From the NCBI GenBank assembly GCA_966251085.1, contig CBINJX010000001.1, positions 1-25,114 of the forward strand: 25,114 bases of DNA, written 5' to 3'. Source of the DNA: an uncultured Verrucomicrobiales bacterium (GTDB lineage: Bacteria > Verrucomicrobiota > Verrucomicrobiia > Chthoniobacterales > Chthoniobacteraceae). Below the pieces are notes generated by a model that worked only from the letters and a program-made list of their open reading frames with translations, was not told the DNA's origin and did no database searches. How positions within the stretch are numbered: the stretch's first letter is position 1; the number at the start of each line of letters is the position of its first letter. The position numbers and the translations under genes were made by a program. This document shows positions 15,102 to 24,600 of this stretch, piece after piece.

Positions 15102-15905
15102 ATGCAAACGACTAATCCTATCCAAGAAGACCGGGTCCGTCAGCAGGTTCGCGAGCGTTACGGGGACATTGCCCGGACTGGAACCATTGGCTGCTGCGCT
15201 CCCTCCTGTTGCGCGCCCGCAATCAGCCCCACCGTACCTGAAACACTCGGCTACCAACCCGATGATGTCGCTTCCGTTCCTGAGGGAGCAGAGATGGGAC
15301 TTGGCTGTGATAATCCGACAGCCATCGCTTCCATTCTGCCTGGAGAAACCATCGTCGATCTGGGAAGCGGCGGCGGGTTTGACTGCTTCCTCGCTGCTCG
15401 GCAGACCGGACCTACAGGAACCGTGATCGGTGTCGACATGACACCGGACATGATCAGCAAGGCCCGCGCAAATGCCGCGAAATCGGAGTCTCGGAACGTC
15501 GAGTTTCGCCTTGGCGAAATCGAGAATCTGCCGGTGGCGGACAATACCGCTGACCTCGTGATCTCAAACTGCGTGGTGAATCTTTCGCCGAACAAACCGC
15601 GTGTCTTCAATGAGGTCTTCCGGGTGCTGAAACCTGACGGACGCGTCGCCATCTCGGACATTGTGGCAACAGCTCCGCTCCCTGAGGACCTCAGGAATGA
15701 CTTCATTGCCTACACCGGCTGCGTTGCAGGTGCGTCCACTGTGGCAGACCTGAAGATGTGGCTTACTGAACAGGGCTTCGTTGAAATCGCAGTCACGATT
15801 AACGAAGAGAGCCGGAAGTTCATCGACGGATGGGCGCCGGGGAAGAACGCGGGCCGCTATGTGGCATCGGCGACAATTGAAGCGCGCAAGCCGGCAATTC
15901 CATGA
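15102..15905 (+). CDS. arsM: Arsenite S-adenosylmethionine methyltransferase
   Basis: VRERYG.IA...CC..CC, GLGC.NP, SAM motif VDLGSGGGFDC, GVDMT.DM, ISNCVVNLSP and GCVAGA. Alternative start ATG 15084. Confidence 0.92.
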   Translation: MQTTNPIQEDRVRQQVRERYGDIARTGTIGCCAPSCCAPAISPTVPETLGYQPDDVASVPEGAEMGLGCDNPTAIASILPGETIVDLGSGGGFDCFLAARQTGPTGTVIGVDMTPDMISKARANAAKSESRNVEFRLGEIENLPVADNTADLVISNCVVNLSPNKPRVFNEVFRVLKPDGRVAISDIVATAPLPEDLRNDFIAYTGCVAGASTVADLKMWLTEQGFVEIAVTINEESRKFIDGWAPGKNAGRYVASATIEARKPAIP

Positions 15906-15980
15906 TTCCGTCGATGCTGGCCTGAGCAGTCACTGAAACTCAGCAACCTCCAAAGCGATAAAGCCCAATCACGCGTCTCC

Positions 15981-16445
15981 ATGAAAAAGAAGGTACTTTT
16001 CATCTGTGTCCACAACTCCGCCCGCAGTCAGATGGCCGAGGCATGGCTCAACCACCTTTGTGGTGATGTCTTTGAAGCGGAGAGCGCAGGGCTTGAACCC
16101 GGCACTTTGAACCCTCTCGTGGTCGAGGCAATGGCGCAGGTGGGTATCGATATTTCAGGGAAGGCGACTCGCAGCGTCTTTGACGCTTATCGCTCTGGAA
16201 CCTTCTACAGCTTCATCGTCAGGGTTTGTGATCGGGCAGCCGAAGAGGGTTGCCCGATCTTCCCGGGTGTGAACCAGCCGCTGGACTGGAGTTTCCCTGA
16301 TCCGGCAGAGGCCACAGGCACTTACGAGGAGCGGTTGGAGCAGGTGTGTGCAATCCGTGATGCTATCCGCGGACGGATCGCGGAATGGTGTGAGGAGATG
16401 TGCGGACTGGAATCGGTCGGCGGTTCCGAAGCCCTTTCTGTTTAA
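15981..16445 (+). CDS. arsC: Second LMW-PTP-family arsenate reductase
   Basis: CVHNSARSQMAE P-loop, VCDRAAEEGCPIFPG redox pair, WSFPDP. Confidence 0.88.
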   Translation: MKKKVLFICVHNSARSQMAEAWLNHLCGDVFEAESAGLEPGTLNPLVVEAMAQVGIDISGKATRSVFDAYRSGTFYSFIVRVCDRAAEEGCPIFPGVNQPLDWSFPDPAEATGTYEERLEQVCAIRDAIRGRIAEWCEEMCGLESVGGSEALSV

Positions 16446-16458
16446 TCCGCAGACTGGT

Positions 16459-17322
16459 GTGCTCTTGATCCTCTCGGCGGCCTTCGTCCTTCTTCATTAT
16501 GGTCTGAGAGCACCGCATCTCAAATTGAAGCGGCAGATGGAGGATCACCAAACGGGCAGTCTATCCGAAATCACTCCAAGCGGCGCTGCGGAAATGCGCG
16601 AGATCGCCCAAGTCTTCAATGGCTTGGTGCGAAGGGTAGCCTCGCAACGGGAGTCCCAACTGCGCTTCCTTGCGAGCGTCGCACATGATCTCCGAACACC
16701 GCTCAATGCAATCAAACTCTCGGCTTCATACCTGAGTGCTGCCAAACTCGGCGATGACGAGCGTTCCACGATCGAGGCAATCGAGCGTCAGGTCACACAA
16801 CTCGATCGGCAAGTCGGTGATCTCCTGGACACGACTCGTGTAGAATCCGGAGAACTAGAACCCAGGCCCCGAAGCGAGGATCTCCGCGAAATTGCGGAAA
16901 ACTCGGCACAGGTTTTCCGTGGCAGTTCGTTGCGACACACCATTCGACTCACCGTTCCGGATCACCCGATCATTTGTGAGTGCGACGCCACCCGGATTGG
17001 GCAGATAATCAACAACCTGATCAGCAACGGACTCAAATACTCCCCTTCTGGAGGAAATGTTTCGTTGGACGTCTCATGCGAACCTGGCTGGGCGATAGTC
17101 AAGGTCGTGGAGCAAGGAATCGGAATCGCACCAAAAGATCTGCGACACATCTTCGAGCCGTTTCGCCGAACCTCGGCAACACGGGAATCGATCCCGGGTG
17201 TGGGCCTTGGACTCTCTGTTTCTAGAAGAATCGCAGAGGCGCACAAAGGTTCCATCGAGGTTTCCAGCATCCGAGGTGCTGGTTCGACGTCTTCTCTTCG
17301 GCTGCCGCTACAGCTCACTTAA
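16459..17322 (+). pseudogene. Sensor histidine kinase lacking its N-terminal sensor (TM-HAMP-HisKA-HATPase remnant)
   Basis: One TM segment, a HAMP-like E..E.A..FN, H-box VAHDLRTPL, N-box NNLISNGLKYS, IFEPF and G2 GVGLGL. No sensor domain and no response regulator nearby. The G1 box reads EQGIG instead of DxGxG, and GSTS replaces GSTF. Confidence 0.7.
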
Positions 17323-18181
17323 CCTGACGTGGCCGAGACGGACCGTACGGCAGAGGCCCGTGTTCACGGCTGCCGATAACTCGTGCGCCTCAATAGCGCC
17401 CATCACACATGGCGGGCCTGTGGCTTGGCGCCAGTGTGTGTGCGCTGACAAAACTTCGTAATTCCACCTCCAAGATCTCGTCCAGTGGAGCGACGAATCG
17501 CCTCGCACGTTTCCTCCCAAGTCCCGGAGGGAAACGAACTCCGACTCGGCGGCGGAAATTTCGGCCTGACCGGCTGCAACTTAAAATGCCTAGGACGCGC
17601 AATTCCCTCTCCTGAGGTTCGTTCAGCTCCGGTTGGCTCACTCATACTGTTTAACGCATACGGTCCTTTGTTGCCATTTGCACCTTTTCTCCGCTGCTCA
17701 TCGCTCAAGCTTCTCCCGGCCCGTAGCAATAACGTCTAGTTTGGAACGCAACGGCACCTTCACTGGCCGCGGCCCGTCAGCACGATTGGGCGCACAACAT
17801 CGGGAGCTTCATGCGGTGCAAGCTACAATGCGAAGGGCGTCCAAACTCATCCAATTTTGGGGTTCAGGCAGCTTATGGTCTCTCCACTCGCAGTTCGCAG
17901 CCGTTCCGGAGCGAGATGGCTGAAGCCGAGTTCCGTTGGAACTCGAATGGGAGGTCGAAGTGATTGCAAAGGAGGTCAATGAAACCGCCACATCAAAGCC
18001 CAGGCGGCGTGATGGTTCACGCTAGAACTTTTCTTACGATTGCTCCTGCCAAATCGAGAGATGTCGTTAATTGACTACGAGGGCCTCAGCGGATCAGCGC
18101 CAAACCGGAACATACTCCGGCGCGTGAATCCGCGAGGTTGATCCTCAATCGCGGGATACCCGAACGCGATCAGCGACCAGA

Positions 18182-18823
18182 ATGAACTCAGATGTTATAA
18201 CGATCTACACACCCTGCACAATCAACGCCACGTCGAACTGCGGTCTGTACAAGTGCAGGCTTGAGAAACCTCGTCCAGAGGACTCCTACGAGAGCCTCTC
18301 CGACATGTTGCAGCAGTGCGACGGGCATCCGCTACCGCTCGACGAAGCTCTTGAAGATCAGGATTTCGTTGATGCAGGCATCGAAAACATTCGCGGATTG
18401 ATCTACGATGAACCGACGCACCTGTTTGCTTGCCTCGACCGTGACGGCATCACGTACTTCGGAGTACAGGAATACCAAGTGTCTGGAGACTTCTTCGACC
18501 TCAAGATCTCCTATGGAAACTGTGAAGCGCAGCAAGAAGTTTTGAACGATGTCATCGACGATCTTGCAGCCACGATATGTGAGGACGAGAACATCCGATT
18601 TCACGATGACACCTCTAGCCGGGAAGACATCGAGTCAAAATTGTACGACACGGTTGCGCCCGAGATTGGCGGCGCGTGGCCTAACGACGATCGAGAACCG
18701 GCGACTCCTGAGGCAGTAAGCGAGGCGTTTCGGACTGCAGCAATCAACTACTACAATGGGCGCAGGGAGGCTGTACTGGATGCCATCGGAGCCTACGAGA
18801 TTGAGGAAGGCGCGGTTGAATAG
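18182..18823 (+). CDS. Highly acidic hypothetical protein
   Basis: 213 aa, ATG start, natural-looking composition. Hand count of 47 D/E against 14 K/R. No family recognised with confidence. Confidence 0.75.
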   Translation: MNSDVITIYTPCTINATSNCGLYKCRLEKPRPEDSYESLSDMLQQCDGHPLPLDEALEDQDFVDAGIENIRGLIYDEPTHLFACLDRDGITYFGVQEYQVSGDFFDLKISYGNCEAQQEVLNDVIDDLAATICEDENIRFHDDTSSREDIESKLYDTVAPEIGGAWPNDDREPATPEAVSEAFRTAAINYYNGRREAVLDAIGAYEIEEGAVE

Positions 18824-19273
18824 CTGGGTAGTCCTCGCTTCAGAAGTGCGCGAGCACGGTGTCGCATACTGGGGAGGGTGGCGGGGCTTCGGGTTACTGA
18901 AAACTCACTGGACGGCTGGTATGGGGCTCGGCGCTGCCAAAGCTTTTGGCGGTCCGATTCATTCGCCCTTGGCTGCAGAATGGTAACACGCCGCCCTCAC
19001 CTCGCCGCAAACGCTCCGCCGCAAAGTAGATTCTCCGTGGCCGCGGCGGGCGGTACGCACTGGAGCCATGCACGCGGAGGGCAGTGACCGCGATCGAGCA
19101 TCGGGAAATGCGCCCCCCCTTCCAGGCCTCAAGCAAATTGGTGCCTGAATCCCGCGACTGGCGAGAACCCGTTCACGTGCCTTGCTTTGATAAGCAGGGC
19201 GAGTCGGCGAATCTCCTCTTGGCAGGAGTGCCAAGAGTCCGCAATTCGCACCTACAAACCAATCGAAGTGCCC

Positions 19274-20326
19274 ATGAAACTGAAACTCACCTCCATCTCC
19301 AAGGGATTCTACTGTTATGATTACCGAACCGATCCTTCTCTCCTTCCCTGGTGCCCGGAACGTCCGCTAGAATCTGAACCAGGCTTTTCCTTTATCAGGG
19401 GAAATGCCCTTGATTCGATCATATTCACGATTCCAGAGATCGACGCCCGCTTCTTCCGTCCGGAGATCTCACGCAGCACTCCGTTCTATGCGTCCATTCC
19501 GAAGGGCTCGCATCTCCCGCGGGCATCTGCGAATTGCAGGAGCAGTATACCACTTACAGCAGAGTTCCTGCCGCTCATTACGAAGCCGCTTTATCGTGGT
19601 TCATACTCGCTCGAAGGGTCCGGCCGGGTTCGTTACTGCCCTCCCACATCTTTGCCCAAGGAGGCGTATGCATCGATTGGATACCATGTTGCCTCACCGA
19701 ATGAACGCTTCTTCGTCAGAGAGCGGATAATTCCGATCGCGGCATCCAACGACGAAATGTTTGATCTGGTTCCGGCTGGAGTGCTGCTCCCGATCCAGTA
19801 TTTTGAGGAGGCGGCAGCGCTCGGTCTAGAGGTCCTTTCAGCAACCGCATTAACGAGTGACGGGCTGATCGCAGATCGTCTTACCCTCCTAGATCCCGTT
19901 CTCGCAGGCTGTTACCTTCCTTGGTTGAGGGAGTTTCCTCGTTGGAGCCGCATTACTTTTCTTGATTGCATGGAAGAGTCGTTCCCATCCGCAGCGATGG
20001 AAGCTATTCCGTTAACGATGGTCTCGCGGCTCGATCTTACGGAGGACCATTACTTCATTTTGGGCGGTGACCTGATTCTTACAACGTCTCAACTCGCCTA
20101 CCGCGAGGGTGCTGAACCGATTGAATCAAGGAGGGAGTATCTCACGTATTTCGCCGAACCCTGGCACGCCGTACAGCTCGCGGTGGCTGAAGCAATTGCA
20201 GATTATGGGGACAATCGAGACAAAGCGCTGTACCAAACGGCCGGTCTTGCACTCGAAGCATCTGACATCGGGCTTGAGACGCTCGTCTCTCCGTTGGCCA
20301 CCGGTGATGACGCTTTCCCGTTTTAG
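19274..20326 (+). CDS. Hypothetical protein, about 350 aa
   Basis: Long open frame. The start is likely ATG 19274 (MKLKLTSISKGFYCYDY). No recognisable motif, signal peptide or TM helix. Confidence 0.7.
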   Translation: MKLKLTSISKGFYCYDYRTDPSLLPWCPERPLESEPGFSFIRGNALDSIIFTIPEIDARFFRPEISRSTPFYASIPKGSHLPRASANCRSSIPLTAEFLPLITKPLYRGSYSLEGSGRVRYCPPTSLPKEAYASIGYHVASPNERFFVRERIIPIAASNDEMFDLVPAGVLLPIQYFEEAAALGLEVLSATALTSDGLIADRLTLLDPVLAGCYLPWLREFPRWSRITFLDCMEESFPSAAMEAIPLTMVSRLDLTEDHYFILGGDLILTTSQLAYREGAEPIESRREYLTYFAEPWHAVQLAVAEAIADYGDNRDKALYQTAGLALEASDIGLETLVSPLATGDDAFPF

Positions 20327-20454
20327 CAGGCTGCTGAAGGGCAACGCAGCTGGAGCACGCGTACGATTTTCGAGCACCGTGGTTTCCCATCGTTCCTGCA
20401 CTTCTCAGGAAAAGGGATTGCCTCACCTATGGCGCGGTCATACATCCCCACTCA

Positions 20455-20823
20455 ATGTGGAAGCTCAGAGTTACAACGATCTGTTTGAGTATTGTCCTGG
20501 GTCTTTCAGGCTGCGGATCAAGTCCTGATGGAACCGCTGACAGGTTCATGTCACTTCTGAAGGAGGGGAAGCACCTGTCGGTTCAAGAGATGCTCTCGAA
20601 AGACATGAGAAGCATGGCAACGATGCTTGGCGGCGTTTCAAACGAGACCCTGAATTCCTATTATCGGTCCGGCGCGCTAGCTTCGTACCAGATGGAGCTG
20701 CTGGAGAAAACTGACCTTTCAGTTCGGTACAAAGTTGTCGCGACCACGAAGGATGGACAGAGGCATAGCGACTTCATCGCCCTCGTTAAAGAGGAGGGTG
20801 AATGGAGAGTAGCTCGGTTCTAA
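20455..20823 (+). CDS. Small lipoprotein, DUF4878/NTF2-like
   Basis: Signal peptide with lipobox LSG|C, then SP..TA.RF...L..G, and a C-terminal LVKE.GEWRV strand typical of NTF2-like DUF4878 proteins. Confidence 0.7.
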   Translation: MWKLRVTTICLSIVLGLSGCGSSPDGTADRFMSLLKEGKHLSVQEMLSKDMRSMATMLGGVSNETLNSYYRSGALASYQMELLEKTDLSVRYKVVATTKDGQRHSDFIALVKEEGEWRVARF

Positions 20824-20928
20824 GGTGGATACATCTCTGGGCTCCGCCCAGGACCTCCGCGACAAGTAAGACCAGCTGCTCGAACTTAATTCTTGCTGGA
20901 CCAACGGTCTCCGAAGCTGACGATCGAT

Positions 20929-21636
20929 TTACAGATCCGGAGCAGACTCTAGACGTGCTTTTACTGATCGCCAGCCGCTGAAGATCTGATCGAGTTCGCG
21001 AAGAAACTCCGGACCGTGATGCGGATGCCTCAGATGACACACCTCGTGAGCAATAACATAGTCGATGCAGACCGAAGGCGCACGGATCAGAGCCGGATTG
21101 AGTGCTATCCGCCCGTCGCGGCTGGCGCTGCCCCAGCGTTTCGGCATCGACCGTAAAACCATACGGGGAAGAGGAAGCCGATACTGTGCGCACCAGTCAT
21201 GCCAGCGTCTGATTCTCTTGGTGAATTGTTCTTCTGCTCGTCTCCGCATCCATGCGGACAGTAGGCGCTCCACTTCTTTCTCTGTGCCGCTTGGAGCAGT
21301 GATGTAAAAAAATCCCCCGCGCAATCGGACACTCGATTCCTCCCCCTTGATCACTTTCAACCGGTATTGCCGTCCCATGTAACGGTGCGTTGCACCGCTC
21401 ACATATCGTCGTGGCTGGCGGGCAGCGTTCATTTCAGCAAAGGCACGCTGCTGCTTTTGTATCCATGCGATGCGCTTCGCCACCTTGGCTTGGATCTCGT
21501 GAATTGCAGCGCGTGCAGGCGCTACCAGTTCAATCGAGCCATCTGGGTGGACACTGATCGCGAGCGTCTTTCGCTTCGTTCGTTTGAGCCGAGCTGGTCC
21601 AGCAATGGTCTCGATGGCCTCGAAGTCAGACATCAT
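20929..21636 (-). CDS. YgjP/DUF45 (M48/SprT-like) HExxH metallo-protein associated with type I R-M loci
   Basis: R.KRKTL.I.V...G...L.AP, Y.SG..H.Y.GR.Y.L, M.KRWGS....G.I.LN..L..AP..CIDYV..HE.CHL.H..HG.EF...L....W...K.RLE. The start overlaps the hsdR stop. Confidence 0.88.
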   Translation of the reverse strand: MMSDFEAIETIAGPARLKRTKRKTLAISVHPDGSIELVAPARAAIHEIQAKVAKRIAWIQKQQRAFAEMNAARQPRRYVSGATHRYMGRQYRLKVIKGEESSVRLRGGFFYITAPSGTEKEVERLLSAWMRRRAEEQFTKRIRRWHDWCAQYRLPLPRMVLRSMPKRWGSASRDGRIALNPALIRAPSVCIDYVIAHEVCHLRHPHHGPEFLRELDQIFSGWRSVKARLESAPDL

Positions 21637-24600
21637 TCGTTCTACTCCGGGCGATGCGGAGCGAGGTCTCAATGATCGCATCCATCTCGGGGAGGGACAG
21701 CTGGATCCCTTTGGAGCCTTGAAGACCGAACAGGAAATCATCGATGTCATTTCGCATTCGGTTCTGCGCGTCCGTGTTCTCGCGCCAGCGCACCACAGCA
21801 TGGCGGCGGATGATGTCTTCGATCTCACAGGCCGCGTCTCCGAGTAGCCCCTCCAATTCGTCATCATGCACTATTGAGGCAGGCGTTTCCTGGACTACCG
21901 CCGTAGCCCCTACCCTGGCAGAGTGATCCCCGATTTGCTCCTTTAGTGCGCCGAAGAATGCGCGTGCGAGATCACGCTCCTTTAACACCGCCGGTCCATC
22001 ACTACTTTTGCCATCTCGGACCGCCTGCATGATCTCGGTCACCTTAGCGAGGTATTGCGCGTCGCTAAGCCGCTGTGCCTTGTATTCCGCGATGGCCTGT
22101 TCCAGCAGCACCGAGAACTTTCGATAGAAGAACGGGTCTTCCTCCATCTTTTCGGTGATCGTCCTCTTCGTGCGATTCGCAATGATGTCAGCCTTGGCTC
22201 TAGCGGATCGCGCTTTGTCGACCTCCTTCTCGAAAGCCTCCCGTTCAAAGATGTTCACCGGCTCCACGACCTGGATCACCTCATCGGCTTGGACGTAAGT
22301 CGCGAGCATTTTTTGAATCTGCCCCTCGTATTCCCGATAATCGACTTCCTCCGCGTATCGAATTTTCACTGAAGCACGCAGCTTCTGGAAAAACACGGCG
22401 TCCCGTTTATAGCGGTCAGCCATTGCCGCTGGCGTGGCGTTCACCCACCGTATGCTCGATAACGCGATCTTCAGCACCCGGCTGAACTTGGAGAGCTTCG
22501 CGTAGAACTCCTCCCTTCTCTCAGGATTCTCTAGTGCCAGCTCGTAAGCCTCCTCATCTTTCTTGTTCTTCACTCCACGGAACATGGCCCACAGGGAGTC
22601 ATGTAGGCTCGGCAGACGTTTCAGTTCCTCTGCTACGTCCGTCAGTGTCCCTTCCAAGTCCTCCTGGTCGAACTTCCCTTCCAGCGTGCTGTAAAGCTCC
22701 AGCGCCTCATGAAGTTGTGTGACCACTCCGTAGTAGTCGATGATGTAGCCGAAGTCCTTGCCGGGATGTAGCCGGTTTACGCGGGCAATGGCCTGTAGAA
22801 GTGTGTGCTCCTTCAGACTGCGAGCGATGTAGAGCACGACGTTGCGTGGTGCATCAAAGCCGGTGAGCAGCTTATCCACGACGATGATGATCTCGGGTGT
22901 GTCGCCCTTCTTGAAGGCGTTAATGATCTGCCGGTTGTATTCCTTCTCCGATCCATACTTCTCCATCATCGCCTTCCAAAACCGGATCACCGACTCGTCC
23001 GCCGAAGCAGTATCGTCGCCCTCTCTCTCATCCGGGGCCGAAATCACGACCTCGGATGTCACTTTGCCAAACTGATCCAAAAAGCGTTTAAGAGCGAGAG
23101 CCTCCTTCTTTCCGGGGGCGGTCAGCTGTCCCTTGAAGCCGGTGCCCTTCCACTGTTTGGAAAAATGCTGCGAGACATCCCACGCGATGAGGTAAAGGCG
23201 GCTCTCCAGCCGGTTCAACTCATCCCGTGACGCGAACTTGCGCTTCAAATCGGCCTTTTGCTCGGGCGTCAATCCGTCGCACATCGCGTCGAACATCGCG
23301 TCAACGGCCTTCTTGTTTACGTCCTGCATGACGTGACGGCCCTCATAGAGCAGAGGCACCACAGCCTCATCAGCCACTGCATCCCGAATCGTGTAAGCGG
23401 GTTCGATGAAGCCGCCAAACTTCTGCGCCGTGTTCTTCTCCTTTTTCATCAACGGCGTGCCCGTGAAGCCGATGAAGCACGCCTTGGGAAGGGCTTTCAT
23501 CATGCGGATGTTCGCCTCGCCGTATTGACTCCGATGACTTTCGTCCACAAGCACGAAGATATTGTTATCCTCGTTCTTGAAGCCCTCCGATGCGTTCGCA
23601 GCCGCTCGGAATTTGTCTAGCACGGTCGTGATCACCGCGGCTCGATCGTCTGCCAGGAGTTCTTGCAGGTGCCTGCCCGTTTTGGCCATCTGCGGGTCCT
23701 TCCCGCATTGATGGAAGGTCTTCCATATCTGCTCATCGAGATCGATCCGGTCGGTGACGATTACGATGCGCGGATTTTTGATCGATTCATCGAGCGCGAG
23801 AGCCTTGCCGAGGAGGACCATCGCCAACGACTTGCCCGATCCCTGCGTCTGCCAGATCACGCCACCCTTGCGGCGCCCCTCCATATCCCGCTGACGCACC
23901 CGCTCCAACGTTCGGCGAATCGCAAAGTATTGCTGGTAGCGTGCAACCTTCTTGACCGCTCCGCCCTCGTCGTAGAGCACGAACTGTCGTGCGATCTCGA
24001 TCAGCCTTTCTGGGCGGCAGAGCGACCATAGCAACCGGTCCTGCCCTGTTGGCTCTCTGTCCTGCGCAAACAACTCCTCAAATGAGGCCTTTGCATACGC
24101 AAATACGCCTTTGAAAAGCTTCTCATGCTCCTCCCGGCGCACGGGGCTATTGATCGCTGCCCGGACCTCAGCATCTCGCTCCGGCATCTCCCGCCATTTT
24201 GCCCAGAACTTCAGCGGCGTGCCCGTTGTACCGTAGCTTCCATCGTTCTTATTCAGTGCAAGCACCAGCTGGCTGAAGACGAACAGATGAGGGATTTCGT
24301 CGGCTTGCCAGTTCCGCGTGTGCTGTTTGATCGCGGCTTCCAGAGAATTCTTTTCGTCCGGCCGTTTGCATTCAATCACCACAAAGGGAATGCCGTTAAC
24401 GAAGCAGACGATGTCTGGTCTGCGCGTCTCCCGGCTTCCACTGCGCTCCACTTCAAATTCCGCCGCCACATGGAAGGTGTTGTTTCGCGGATTCGCCCAA
24501 TCGATGTAGCGCAAGGTGAATCCCTTCGTCTCGCCGTCGATTGTCTCGTTGAGGCTCTTCCCAAGGGTCAGCAGGTCGTACAGCTTCTCGCTAGTTCGCA

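Noticed and set aside
11498-16445. Two arsC genes as a novelty
   Set aside because: Multiple LMW-PTP-type arsC paralogues are common in ars clusters, and both have normal catalytic motifs.
16348-16458. Kinase ORF start overlapping arsC by about 100 nt
   Set aside because: The extension is simply an alternative frame of the arsC 3' end, with no sensor-like or hydrophobic character.
21637-21867. N-terminal extension of the YgjP/M48 ORF
   Set aside because: It lies inside hsdR in another frame. Family similarity starts at MMSDFE (21636).
23840-23865. HsdR Walker A context WQTQGSGKS instead of WHTQGSGKS
   Set aside because: The change is outside the catalytic GSGKS core and within plausible family variation.
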